From the IMG/VR virus record IMGVR_UViG_2806310979_000001, positions 1 through 64,000 of that record: a stretch of 64,000 bases of DNA; one strand, given 5' to 3'. Source of the DNA: a virus (Duplodnaviria; Caudoviricetes). Positions within the stretch are counted from its first letter, which is position 1. Each line of letters opens with the position of its first letter. The notes beneath the pieces are model-generated. The model made no database searches, was not told the DNA's origin, and saw only the letters and a list, made by a program, of their open reading frames with translations. A program made the translations under genes and the position numbers. Positions 37,727 to 47,684 of the stretch are shown in pieces.

Positions 37727-38293
37727 ATGCAGTTATCAGCAACAGAACTCGGAAAAGAATATGGTTTATCAGGAGAAGAAATGAACCGTGTGTTGGTAAA
37801 ACTGGGATATTTAATGGGTGAACCCGGCGATTATGATGTAACGATTAAAGGAAGGCCTTATGCAGTAACAAAAAATTTTCATCGTGGAACAGGTGGTTAT
37901 GGATATTACAATCGGTATTGGAATACCAGAACTTTTGATGATTCCATAAAAGATGTGTTGGAGGTAACTAAGGAATTAGTTTCAGAAGTAAGGGCTGAAA
38001 TAGAGGAAGGTAAACTATTAAGAGCTGCTGTTAGAAAAGCGGCCAGAGAAAAAGCGAATGCAGAATTTTTAGCGAAAGAAGCTGCTAAACAGGCAGAAAA
38101 ATTAAAAGTAGAGAAAGAACTGGCAGAAGCTTTAACGAAGAAAGAAAATTGGAAAACAGTTGGAAAAGTAGGTTTAGTTGCTTCCGGAATTTTGCTTACA
38201 GGATATGGAGTTTATAAAGTAACACCATATCTGAAGCAATGGAGGGAAAAATCAAAAAAAGTCAAGGAAAAAGAAACTGTAGAAACTGAATAA
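37727..38293 (+). CDS. KilA-C/antirepressor-like N-domain, coiled coil, C-terminal TM helix (moron)
   Basis: SATELGKEYGLSGEEMNRVL; hydrophobic VGLVASGILLTGYGVY followed by basic tail. Confidence 0.65.
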   Translation: MQLSATELGKEYGLSGEEMNRVLVKLGYLMGEPGDYDVTIKGRPYAVTKNFHRGTGGYGYYNRYWNTRTFDDSIKDVLEVTKELVSEVRAEIEEGKLLRAAVRKAAREKANAEFLAKEAAKQAEKLKVEKELAEALTKKENWKTVGKVGLVASGILLTGYGVYKVTPYLKQWREKSKKVKEKETVETE

Positions 38294-38310
38294 TTACATA
38301 TATTGAAAGT

Positions 38311-38342
38311 GCATCGGTTCAGAAAAGAATCGGTGCTTTTTT
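38311..38342 (+). terminator. intrinsic terminator closing moron
   Basis: GCATCGGTTC/GAATCGGTGC plus T run. Confidence 0.75.
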
Positions 38343-38396
38343 CATGCTCGGAGAAATCCGGGCTTTCTTTATGTCTTTTTGGGAGGAGGTGCAGAC

Positions 38397-41387
38397 ATGG
38401 GAAACAGGATTAAAGGAATTACAGTTGAAATCGGAGGAGATACAACAGGTCTTGATAAAGCGTTACGCGGCGTGAATTCTTCAATTACTAAGACACAGTC
38501 TGCCCTCAATGATGTAAATAAATTGTTGAAACTCGATCCATCAAATACTGTATTGGTGGCACAGAAGCAGCAGTTGCTGTCGCAAGCGGTCAGTCAGACA
38601 AGTGACAAATTGGAAGTATTGGAATCTGCACAGGAGCAGGTTACGGCAGCTTTTCAAAGGGGGGATATAGGTCAGGACAAATATCAGGCATTTCAAAGAG
38701 AGATAGAGGAAACACGAGGAAAGCTGAATCAGTATAAAAATGATTTATCCTCTCTCCAAACGGAACAAGACCGTCTTTCTTCCAATACGGCAAGATTGGA
38801 AAAATTATTTTCTTTGACAGGAACACAAGTGGATGATTATGCGGATGTTCTTGGAAGTAAATTAGTTTCTGCGATTAAAAATGGAACTGCCAATTCAGAT
38901 CAAATGAAGACAGCCATCGAGAAAATTGGAAAGTCTGCAACAGGCGGGAAAGCAGATATCCGTCAATTGACCGATGCGTTAGATACGGTTGATGATGGAG
39001 AAGCTATCCGTAATCTGATTGAAGAATTAAAGCAGGCAGGGGATGCGGCTCAGGATACTGCCGAGGATGTGGGGCAGATTGCAGAAAATACAAAAGGTGC
39101 TGCCTTGATGCAGACTGCAGATCAGCTTTCTGCTGTAGGAGATAAAATTCAGGACATCGGAACAAAAGCAATGGATGCTTATTCGGAAACAGAGAATGCG
39201 GTCACAAAAGTAAATGCGTATTTTGGAGAAACCGGACAGGCAGCAGAAGAATCGGCAAATGTTATTAAATCTGTGTATTCGGATGGCGTTGGAGAAAGCA
39301 TGGACAGCGTGGCAGATGCCGTACTTATGGTAAAAAAGAACTTGGGCGATCTGAGTGAAACAGACCTTACTAATTTGACACAGCAGGCCATTACATTGGA
39401 CGAATTGTATGGAATTGATATGAATGAAACGCTTCGTGGTGTGAATTCCTTAATGCAGCAGTATGGTTTAACCGCACAGGAAGCGATGGATTATATCGTA
39501 GTTGGCACACAGAATGGCTTGGATAAAACGAATGAGTTAGGAGATAACCTGAGTGAATATGCAGGAAAGTTTTCTCAGGCGGGATATTCGGCATCGGAGT
39601 ATTTCCAATTGCTGGACAATGGCTTGAAGAATGGTGCGTATAATCTTGACAAGGTAAACGATGCCATCAATGAAGTGACTACCCGTCTTGTGGATGGAAC
39701 ACTTGGAGAGTCCATAGGTTCTTTTTCTACAAAAACACAGGAATTATTTACTTCATGGCAGAATGGAGGGGCAACACAGAAGCAGGTCATTGATTCTATC
39801 GTGGCAGATATCGGAAACTGTACGAATCAACAGGAAGCGTTAAACCTTGCTGCTTTAGCGTTTGGAACAATGGCGGAAGATGGAAACTTAAAATTCATTA
39901 CGTCCCTGACTTCTGTCGGAAGCACCTATGAGAGTGTAAAAGGTTCTGCACAGGGGATGTTCGATGCGACAACAACACCGATGCAGCAGATGGAGTCCAA
40001 TACAAGAAAATTACAGCAGGCATTAGTACCTTTAGGAGAAAAACTGGCGGAATTGGCAAATGCAATCCTTCCACCATTGGTATCCGTGATTACCACGATT
40101 GGAGGATGGTTTGAGAGATTACCGGGACCGGTTCAAAATTTCGTCATTATTTTAGGGACATTGTTGGCAGCATTCACAGCCCTTACTCCGGTCATTGCAG
40201 CGATTTCCGTGGCGATGGGTGCTTTGAATGTTTCAATGCTTCCTATTATTGCTGTCATTGCAGCGGTGGCAGCGGCGATTGCCGGAATTATTGCGATTAT
40301 ACAAAATTGGGGTGCGATTACACAATGGTTCGGAGAGCTGTGGAATACCATCTGTACCGGAATTGGTGCAATGGTAGATTCCCTAAAAGCATGGTTTTCA
40401 AATTTGTGGACGCACTTGCAGTCTGTATGGGAAGGAATATGTAATGTGGTACAGACGGCGGTCATGCTGCTCGGCTCTATTATTCAGGGTGCGGTGGATA
40501 TTATAACGTTACCGTTCCAGATGATTTGGGAGAACTGTAAAGGAATTGTTTCTTCCGTATGGGAGGGCATTAAATCTGTAGTGTCATCTGCAATCCATGC
40601 AGTTTCCAGTACAATCTCATCTGTGATGGGAGCGATAAAAAATGTGATTTCTACAGTATGGAATGCAATAAGCAGTAAGGTCTCATCTGTTTTAAATACC
40701 ATAAAAACTACGGTATCAACAGTATTTAATGCTGTGAAATCCGTGGCATCATCGATATGGAATGGAATCAAATCCGTAATTTCTTCGGTGGTGGATGGCA
40801 TAAAAAGTAAGGTCAGTTCCGTATTCAATGGCGTGAAAAGCACGGTTACTTCTATTTTCAACGGGATTAAAAGTACAGCTACTTCCGTTTGGAATGGAAT
40901 CAAAGATGCGATTATAAAACCAGTGGAAGCAGCAAAAAATGCGGTGAAGGGAATCATAGATAAAATTACAGGATTCTTTTCCGGTATGAAACTGGAACTT
41001 CCTAAAATCAAGCTGCCACATTTTAAGATTTCAGGAAAGTTGTCACTTTCGCCTCCGAGTGTACCGCATCTTTCCATTGATTGGTATAAGGAAGGTGGTA
41101 TTTTAACCAAGCCTACTGTTTTTGGGATGAATGGAAGCAGCTTAATGGCAGGAGGAGAAGCAGGTAAGGAAGCGGTTCTTCCATTGAAAGGGTTTTATGA
41201 TCAGTTAGAGCATATTTTATCAAGTCGGATGAATACAGGAAAAATGGAGCAGTATCTTGCCGTAATCGCCAATAACAGCAGTAAGGGCATTTATTTGGAA
41301 GATGGAACATTGGTGGGACATCTGCTTCCGGCTATTGACAGTCGTTTGGGACAGGCACAGAAGTTGAACAGGAGGTTGAGTTTATGA
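38397..41387 (+). CDS. tail tape measure protein
   Basis: RIKGITVEIGGDTTGL N-terminus, TM segments, periodic W/F repeats. Confidence 0.95.
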   Translation: MGNRIKGITVEIGGDTTGLDKALRGVNSSITKTQSALNDVNKLLKLDPSNTVLVAQKQQLLSQAVSQTSDKLEVLESAQEQVTAAFQRGDIGQDKYQAFQREIEETRGKLNQYKNDLSSLQTEQDRLSSNTARLEKLFSLTGTQVDDYADVLGSKLVSAIKNGTANSDQMKTAIEKIGKSATGGKADIRQLTDALDTVDDGEAIRNLIEELKQAGDAAQDTAEDVGQIAENTKGAALMQTADQLSAVGDKIQDIGTKAMDAYSETENAVTKVNAYFGETGQAAEESANVIKSVYSDGVGESMDSVADAVLMVKKNLGDLSETDLTNLTQQAITLDELYGIDMNETLRGVNSLMQQYGLTAQEAMDYIVVGTQNGLDKTNELGDNLSEYAGKFSQAGYSASEYFQLLDNGLKNGAYNLDKVNDAINEVTTRLVDGTLGESIGSFSTKTQELFTSWQNGGATQKQVIDSIVADIGNCTNQQEALNLAALAFGTMAEDGNLKFITSLTSVGSTYESVKGSAQGMFDATTTPMQQMESNTRKLQQALVPLGEKLAELANAILPPLVSVITTIGGWFERLPGPVQNFVIILGTLLAAFTALTPVIAAISVAMGALNVSMLPIIAVIAAVAAAIAGIIAIIQNWGAITQWFGELWNTICTGIGAMVDSLKAWFSNLWTHLQSVWEGICNVVQTAVMLLGSIIQGAVDIITLPFQMIWENCKGIVSSVWEGIKSVVSSAIHAVSSTISSVMGAIKNVISTVWNAISSKVSSVLNTIKTTVSTVFNAVKSVASSIWNGIKSVISSVVDGIKSKVSSVFNGVKSTVTSIFNGIKSTATSVWNGIKDAIIKPVEAAKNAVKGIIDKITGFFSGMKLELPKIKLPHFKISGKLSLSPPSVPHLSIDWYKEGGILTKPTVFGMNGSSLMAGGEAGKEAVLPLKGFYDQLEHILSSRMNTGKMEQYLAVIANNSSKGIYLEDGTLVGHLLPAIDSRLGQAQKLNRRLSL

Positions 41388-42034
41388 TCCCTGATGTGAA
41401 ATTAAATGGAAAATCTGTTCGTGAGATGGGATGGATTCGGGAAAATATTGATTTTCCGACACCACAGTCCCAAACGAATACAATCGTTGTTCCGGGAAGA
41501 AATTCTCCAATCCGATATACAGAAGCGTTAGGAAGGGTATCGTATCAGCCACGGAGTTTTACCATTGTTTTGTCAATGCTAGGTACCAGAAAGCAATATG
41601 ATCAGAAGGTTTCCGAACTTGTGAATCAATATGCTGGAAAGCTGATTAAGGTAATCCGTTCTGAAGAAACCGATGTATATGCACTTGGGACTGTAGAGTT
41701 TGTCCCTGTATATGATCCGCTGCTTAGAAAAGGCACAATCACGTTGGAGTGTACGGATGGAGATTCCTATTTTTACCATGTGAAGGAAAGTGAAGCCGTG
41801 ATTTCTGGAAGTGGCACGGTTACACTTCAAAACGATTTTATGCCTGTGGTTCCGGTAGTGATCACCACAGGGGAGACCGCATTTTCTTGGAGAATAGGAG
41901 AAGATACCTATGAAAAATCCGTAAGTGCCGGAACATGGGAGTTCCCGGAAATGGAACTTGGAGCAGGGGAAAACCGCCTGAGTGTTAAGGGAGAGGGTGT
42001 CACAACATTCCGCTATCGGGAGGGGAGATTATGA
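41384..42034 (+). CDS. distal tail protein (Dit)
   Basis: VPGRN motif; synteny after tape measure. Confidence 0.8.
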   Translation: MIPDVKLNGKSVREMGWIRENIDFPTPQSQTNTIVVPGRNSPIRYTEALGRVSYQPRSFTIVLSMLGTRKQYDQKVSELVNQYAGKLIKVIRSEETDVYALGTVEFVPVYDPLLRKGTITLECTDGDSYFYHVKESEAVISGSGTVTLQNDFMPVVPVVITTGETAFSWRIGEDTYEKSVSAGTWEFPEMELGAGENRLSVKGEGVTTFRYREGRL

Positions 42035-43488
42035 AATTATTTCGTGTTTATGTGGATGGAAAGTTGTTCTACCATCCACATTTTTCTCGTCTTGCCATCA
42101 CTCAGGCACAGGTAAAAGAAGATGCAGAAAACATTGACAGTTTGATATTGTCTGCACCTTATAACCATCCGTATCTGAAGGATATGAAACCGATGTCTTC
42201 TGAAATCGTGTGTAAAAAAGGAGAGAATACTGTATTTGAAGGCAGGGCGTTGGATGATGGGATTGATTTTTATAATACTCATACATGGACTTGTGAATCA
42301 GCACTTGCATATCTGAAAGATTCCATGCAGCCGCCGTATTCATATAAAGGAAATTTAAAGGGGCTTTTGGAACTGTTTCTGACAGAGCATAACAAGCGGG
42401 TAGAAAAAAAGAAACAGTTTCATATAGGAAATGTGACTGTGAAGGATAACAATGATTATATTTCTTATAGCAGCTCTGAATATTCCGTAACATTGGACGC
42501 AATACAGGAGAAACTGATGAAAACGCATGGCGGTTGCTTACAGGTACGATATACACGAGAAGGGAAAATGTTGGATTATCTAGAAGATTTCACAGCCTTT
42601 TCTTTACAAAAAGTGGAGTATGGGAAAAATCTTTTGGATGTAAAAATTACTCAGGACCATACGGAGAGAATCACGGTTTTGATTCCACTTGGAGCAAAAA
42701 TTAAAGAAACTGATGAAGACGGGAATGAAGTGGAAACTGGAAAAAGAGTGACCATTACAGGCGTAAATGAAGGAGTAGAGTATGTTTATGATGAAAAAGC
42801 CTTAAAAGAGATAGGGTGGATTTGGACGGTAGAAGTTTGGGATGATGTAACCGAGCCGGGGAATCTTCTTAGAAAAGCGAAAAGCCGGGTGGCAGAATTG
42901 GCAAAAGGTATCACAAGTATGGAACTTTCCATTGTGGATGAATCGGATGCAGGTGTTGATATTATGGATATTCGTGCCAGACAATACGTGGACTGTTTGT
43001 CTCCGCCACATGGAATTGATGGAAGATATCTTTGCGTGAGTAAAACAAGGGATTATCTGAATCCATCAGGAAACACCATTACAATCGGTGCGTCCAGTAT
43101 AACGCTGACTTCCTTATCGGCGAAACAACATGGGAATCTGAATACATTGGAAAAAGATATCATGGATCAAGATTCCAAATTGGAAGATATGTCGGGGAAA
43201 GTAGAAGAAATACAATCTTCAAAGATGTATCGGACAGAACTATTGGTGGAGGGAGTAAATATTTTCAAAGACCGGGGGCAGAAAAGCACCATAAGGTGCC
43301 GGGTATATTCTTGGGATAAAGAGATAACGGATACATTGGATGCGTCTGCATTCTGTTGGCATCGTAACTCTGGAAATGAGGAAACAGATGCGGATTGGGA
43401 TCGGCTTCATGCAGGAAGGAAATCGATTGTAATCACGACAGAAGATGTGCAGGATAATGCATCCTTTTATTGTGAGATTAAGATTTAG
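42031..43488 (+). CDS. tail spike/Tal-like protein
   Basis: VFEGR, CESALAYLKDS, YGKNLLD, LIPLG. Confidence 0.85.
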   Translation: MKLFRVYVDGKLFYHPHFSRLAITQAQVKEDAENIDSLILSAPYNHPYLKDMKPMSSEIVCKKGENTVFEGRALDDGIDFYNTHTWTCESALAYLKDSMQPPYSYKGNLKGLLELFLTEHNKRVEKKKQFHIGNVTVKDNNDYISYSSSEYSVTLDAIQEKLMKTHGGCLQVRYTREGKMLDYLEDFTAFSLQKVEYGKNLLDVKITQDHTERITVLIPLGAKIKETDEDGNEVETGKRVTITGVNEGVEYVYDEKALKEIGWIWTVEVWDDVTEPGNLLRKAKSRVAELAKGITSMELSIVDESDAGVDIMDIRARQYVDCLSPPHGIDGRYLCVSKTRDYLNPSGNTITIGASSITLTSLSAKQHGNLNTLEKDIMDQDSKLEDMSGKVEEIQSSKMYRTELLVEGVNIFKDRGQKSTIRCRVYSWDKEITDTLDASAFCWHRNSGNEETDADWDRLHAGRKSIVITTEDVQDNASFYCEIKI

Positions 43489-43500
43489 GAGGAATTTTAT

Positions 43501-44568
43501 ATGGCTACAATTTTAACTTCCAGTCAACAGACATTTGTTGACATTACAGATCAAAGAAAACTATCAGCGTATATCACGTCCAATCTGCCGAAGACGCAGA
43601 GTGAAAATCCAAACGTGCTGCCACATACCTATGCTCCAAGCTGGGCGGTCACGAATCTGAAGTTAACTCCTGTTATTTTTCTGGATCAGACGAATCTTTC
43701 ATTAGGTGCGTCAGGATTATCCATCAATTGGAAACGAAAAGATGGAACAGGGGCGGAAAGCGCATTGATCGCAGGAGAGACCGTGGCGGGAGGAATCCTT
43801 ACCGTAAATAAGGATAATCTTGCTACGTCATCTTCGGGGATGATCACTTACATTTGTTATATCAGTTACTACGATTCAGAAACAAAAAACACCGTTAACA
43901 TTTCTTCAGATATTACCTATACGCTGGTTAAGAATGCACAAAATGCTAAGTTGGTATCCGTGACGGCAGATACCCATGTATTTAAATACGATGCGGGTTC
44001 TTCTTTGGTAGGGGCGGCACAGGCTACACTTACCGCACAGGTACAGGGAGTGTCTATCAGCAAATGGCAGCATAAAAATAGTTCTGGAAACTGGGTGGAT
44101 TATCCAACTACTTCTGATAATGGTAGCATTACTGGTGGAACGTTGGTGGTTAAACCGACACATTCCGTTTTCTTTAATAATGTAGCTCAGATTAAATTAT
44201 TGACAGATGATGTGGATGTTTATGATACGGTAACCATTACGAAAATTTATGATGGAGAAAAAGGTGATCCGGGTGCTGCTGGTGGTGATGGAAAAGGTGG
44301 TCTTTCGGTTATTTTAGGAAATGAAACACAGTCCATTGCTTGTACAGCAAATGGAGCTGTAGCGGCGGAAGTTCTTGTAAACATTCCTTTTACCGGGTAT
44401 GTCGGAATTGAACAGACTCCCTGTACATGTACGGTAGGAACATTGCCGGATGGAAGTCATACGCATTCCCTGACACCAAAGGGGACAATCGCAAAAGCGG
44501 GTGGTGGAGCTTCCCATTCGAATTTACAGCCATATATTGTCTGCTATATGTGGAAACGTACAGCATAA
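43501..44568 (+). CDS. tail fibre/baseplate protein, possibly a deletion fusion
   Basis: beta-rich, short collagen-like GEKGDPG, C-terminal SHSNLQPYIVCYMWKRTA fibre-end motif. Confidence 0.75.
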   Translation: MATILTSSQQTFVDITDQRKLSAYITSNLPKTQSENPNVLPHTYAPSWAVTNLKLTPVIFLDQTNLSLGASGLSINWKRKDGTGAESALIAGETVAGGILTVNKDNLATSSSGMITYICYISYYDSETKNTVNISSDITYTLVKNAQNAKLVSVTADTHVFKYDAGSSLVGAAQATLTAQVQGVSISKWQHKNSSGNWVDYPTTSDNGSITGGTLVVKPTHSVFFNNVAQIKLLTDDVDVYDTVTITKIYDGEKGDPGAAGGDGKGGLSVILGNETQSIACTANGAVAAEVLVNIPFTGYVGIEQTPCTCTVGTLPDGSHTHSLTPKGTIAKAGGGASHSNLQPYIVCYMWKRTA

Positions 44569-44575
44569 GGAAAGG

Positions 44576-44597
44576 ACAGCCAATCGGCTGTTTTTTT
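44576..44597 (+). terminator. intrinsic terminator
   Basis: ACAGCC AATC GGCTGT plus T run. Confidence 0.7.
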
Positions 44598-44630
44598 AAT
44601 ACCCGAAAGGGAGAAAGAGAGGAAAAGACT

Positions 44631-45044
44631 ATGAAGCAATTTGTAACAACCATGCAATATGTTTTTGCAGCAATGGGAGGAGCAATCGGAGCAGTTCTTG
44701 GAGGCTTTGATGGATTTTTGTATGCCCTGATCGTCTTTGTGGTGGTGGATTATATCACGGGACTTATGGCAGCAGTCATCAATAAAGAAGTTTCCAGTGA
44801 GGTTGGTTTTCACGGAATCGTGAAAAAAGTCGTGATTTTTTGTCTGGTAGCAGTCGGGCATATCGTGGACACACAGATTATTTGTGATGGAAGCGTTGTC
44901 CGTACAGCGGTAATTTTCTTCTATTTATCTAATGAAGGAATTTCCATTTTGGAAAATGTGACAAGAATCGGTCTTCCGGTACCACAGAAGCTGAAGAATG
45001 TGTTGGAACAGTTAAAAGAGGATGACGAAGAGCACCGTGATTAA
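44631..45044 (+). CDS. holin (phage holin 4 family)
   Basis: TM helices; DYITG, SSEVGFHG, NEGISILEN, GLPVP. Confidence 0.92.
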   Translation: MKQFVTTMQYVFAAMGGAIGAVLGGFDGFLYALIVFVVVDYITGLMAAVINKEVSSEVGFHGIVKKVVIFCLVAVGHIVDTQIICDGSVVRTAVIFFYLSNEGISILENVTRIGLPVPQKLKNVLEQLKEDDEEHRD

Positions 45045-45075
45045 ACGGTGCTTTTTTCGGGAAATGGAGGAATCT

Positions 45076-46038
45076 ATGAAGTTAGTACAGAGTATCATGA
45101 CTAAAAATCCATGCTATACAGCAGGAAGAAAGATTACGGTAAAAGGATTAATGCTGCATTCCGTGGGATGTCCGCAGCCAAATGCATCGGTGTTTATTAA
45201 AAATTGGAATACGCCATCTTATGGAACAGCCTGCGTACACGGCTTTATTGACGGAAATGATGGTACGGTATATCAGACGCTTCCGTGGAATCATAGGGGG
45301 TGGCATTGCGCATCAGGTCCAAAAGGAAGTGGAAATAATACCCATATCGGTGTAGAGATGTGTGAGCCTGCCAGCATCCGTTACACAGGAGGTTCTAGCT
45401 TTACCTGTTCGAATCTGTCGGCGGCAAGGACTTCTGTGAAGAAAACGTATGTAGCGGCGGTGGAGCTGTTTGCATATCTTTGTAAACTCTACGGTCTCAA
45501 TCCAACTGCCGATGGCGTGATTATCAGCCACAGGGAGGGGCATGCCAGAGGTATTGCGTCAAATCATGGAGACCCAGAACACTTATGGAACGGTCTTGGA
45601 ATGGGATATACCATGAATACTTTTCGTAAAGATGTAAAGGAAAAAATGCAGGGAGGGACTGTAAAGCCAGATGAAACAAAGGAAATGTATCGTGTCCGCA
45701 AATCTTGGGGAGATGCCGTTTCACAAAAAGGAGCATTTCATGAACTGGAAAATGCGAAGAAGTGTGCAGATGCGAACAAAGGATATGCCGTGTTTAATAC
45801 ATCTGGAAAACAGGTTTATCCAAAAACTGATTTTTCGCCATATTTAGTGGAAGTCACCGCGACGGATTTAAATATCCGTAAAGGTCCGGGGACAAATTAT
45901 GGAAAAACTGGGAAATTTACGGGAAAAGGAGTTTTTACTATTACTGAAGAACGAGCTGGTACAGGCTCCAATAAAGGATGGGGAAAACTGAAATCCGGTG
46001 CAGGCTGGATTTCACTTGATTATGTAAAGAGATTATAA
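45076..46038 (+). CDS. endolysin, N-acetylmuramoyl-L-alanine amidase with SH3b
   Basis: LHSVG, RGWH, IGVEMCE, SHREG, NHGDP; LNIRKGPGTNY...GWISLDY. Confidence 0.93.
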   Translation: MKLVQSIMTKNPCYTAGRKITVKGLMLHSVGCPQPNASVFIKNWNTPSYGTACVHGFIDGNDGTVYQTLPWNHRGWHCASGPKGSGNNTHIGVEMCEPASIRYTGGSSFTCSNLSAARTSVKKTYVAAVELFAYLCKLYGLNPTADGVIISHREGHARGIASNHGDPEHLWNGLGMGYTMNTFRKDVKEKMQGGTVKPDETKEMYRVRKSWGDAVSQKGAFHELENAKKCADANKGYAVFNTSGKQVYPKTDFSPYLVEVTATDLNIRKGPGTNYGKTGKFTGKGVFTITEERAGTGSNKGWGKLKSGAGWISLDYVKRL

Positions 46039-46080
46039 AATTCTGCCGGGCGGTAAAATGCTGTCCGGCAGAATTTTTTT
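46038..46080 (+). terminator. intrinsic terminator
   Basis: AAAATTCTGCCGGGCGG / CTGTCCGGCAGAATTTT. Confidence 0.85.
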
Positions 46081-46124
46081 ACGTTATTTCCCATCATAGA
46101 AAACAAACGGTATCGGAAAAAAGA

Positions 46125-46162
46125 CTTGCTATTCTTGGGGGTTAGAGTGATATATAGACTAC
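46125..46162 (+). promoter_or_regulatory. conserved upstream motif, copy 4
   Basis: CTTGCT-N11-TTAGAGTGATATATAGACTAC. Confidence 0.7.
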
Positions 46163-46187
46163 AAAAAAAAGAAGGGAGGAGACCAGT

Positions 46188-47684
46188 ATGCAAATTGAAG
46201 TCAGAAAAGCTGATATGGGAAAAGAGAAAAAACGTTTAAAAGTCTGTGCATATGCGAGAGTATCCACGGAAGCATCTGAGCAAGAAAATTCATTGGAAAA
46301 TCAAGTGTCTCATTATACAGAGATGATTCAGTCCAATCCAGCTTATGAGTTCGCAGGTGTTTATGCAGATTTTGGAATTTCCGGTTTTAAGGAAAGCCGC
46401 CCTCAGTTTCAGAAAATGATGCAGGATGCGAAAAATGGAAAGATTGATTTGATTATTACAAAATCTGTATCACGGTTTGCCAGAAATACCGCAATCGTTC
46501 TGAAGGCTTCCAGAGAGCTGAAGGAACGAAATGTCGGTATTTTTTTTGAACTACAAAACATCAATACGCTTACGGAAGCGGGGGAATTGCTGCTTACCAT
46601 ATTGGCAGCATTTGCACAAGCAGAAAGTGAATCTGCAAGTGAGAGTTCCAAGATGGCTTATTTACACCGCATTGAGAACGGAGAAGTCGTAGCCTATTTG
46701 GAAAGATCTTATGGATATGAAAAAGATGAAAATGGAGAATATAGGGCAAAAGAACCAGAAGCGTCCGTTATCAGGGAAATTTATGATTTGGTAATTCAGG
46801 GCGTGAACTGCACGAACATTGCAAGAGTATTGAATGCAAGAAATATTCAGACCGTTCAGGGGGCAGAATGGACAGCGAGTACCGTTTTCCGCATTGTGGA
46901 AAATGAAATTTACAAAGGTGATGTTCTTATGCAGAAAACTTTTATAGATGGGAAAAGACACCAAGTGCAGAATCGCGGCGAAAAAGCCATGTACTATGCA
47001 AAAGACAATCATCCGCCGATTGTATCGGAAAAAATATGGGAAAAAGCACAGCGGAAGCTGGAAGACATGAGGGCAGAAAGAGCCGAACACTCTGTGATTC
47101 AGGAATTCACGGAAGAAAATTATCCTTACATGAATCATATTTTTTGTGCAAAATGCGGATGGCCTTTGAAGCCACGGGTGTACAGTCATAGGCATCGGCT
47201 TTCTTGGGATTGCTCCGGACAGAAGAGAGGGACAAAAAAATTCTGTACAGGCATTCACGTTTTGGATAATGATTTACGGAAAATGAAGATTGAAGGAAAC
47301 AGATATTTTTCAGAAACCGTAGATAAGTATGGAGAGGTACATTTAAAGCATGTAGGTGAGAGGACATGGAAGAATAAGCATAAAAAGAAAAAATTCAATC
47401 ACAAAGATTTATATCCAGAATTAAATGAGGAAAATTATCCGTACTATAGACGATTGTATTGTGCAAGATGCGGAAGCAGGCTTGGACGGTATATTTCACA
47501 TGGAACAGTAAGATGGATATGTTCGAGCTATAAAAGAAAGGGGCAGACAAAATGTCCGGGAGTCCGTATTCCAGATGAAATTATAAAGGGATGGAATCTG
47601 CCTGATGGCAAAATATATATTATGGGAAAGGAAGATAAAAATGGCGAGAAGCATTACAGTTATACCAGCGAGTCAGCCTTATAG
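46188..47684 (+). CDS. large serine recombinase 1 (duplicated Zn-ribbon)
   Basis: YARVST, DFGISG, KSVSRFARN; two EENYPY...CAxCG...C repeats. Confidence 0.93.
   Translation: MQIEVRKADMGKEKKRLKVCAYARVSTEASEQENSLENQVSHYTEMIQSNPAYEFAGVYADFGISGFKESRPQFQKMMQDAKNGKIDLIITKSVSRFARNTAIVLKASRELKERNVGIFFELQNINTLTEAGELLLTILAAFAQAESESASESSKMAYLHRIENGEVVAYLERSYGYEKDENGEYRAKEPEASVIREIYDLVIQGVNCTNIARVLNARNIQTVQGAEWTASTVFRIVENEIYKGDVLMQKTFIDGKRHQVQNRGEKAMYYAKDNHPPIVSEKIWEKAQRKLEDMRAERAEHSVIQEFTEENYPYMNHIFCAKCGWPLKPRVYSHRHRLSWDCSGQKRGTKKFCTGIHVLDNDLRKMKIEGNRYFSETVDKYGEVHLKHVGERTWKNKHKKKKFNHKDLYPELNEENYPYYRRLYCARCGSRLGRYISHGTVRWICSSYKRKGQTKCPGVRIPDEIIKGWNLPDGKIYIMGKEDKNGEKHYSYTSESAL

Noticed and set aside
40300-40980. 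Periodic repeats in tape measure gene
   Set aside because: Ordinary W/F-periodic tape measure repeats
43501-44568. DGR or invertible tail-fibre cassette
   Set aside because: No reverse transcriptase, template repeat or inverted alternative C-termini seen
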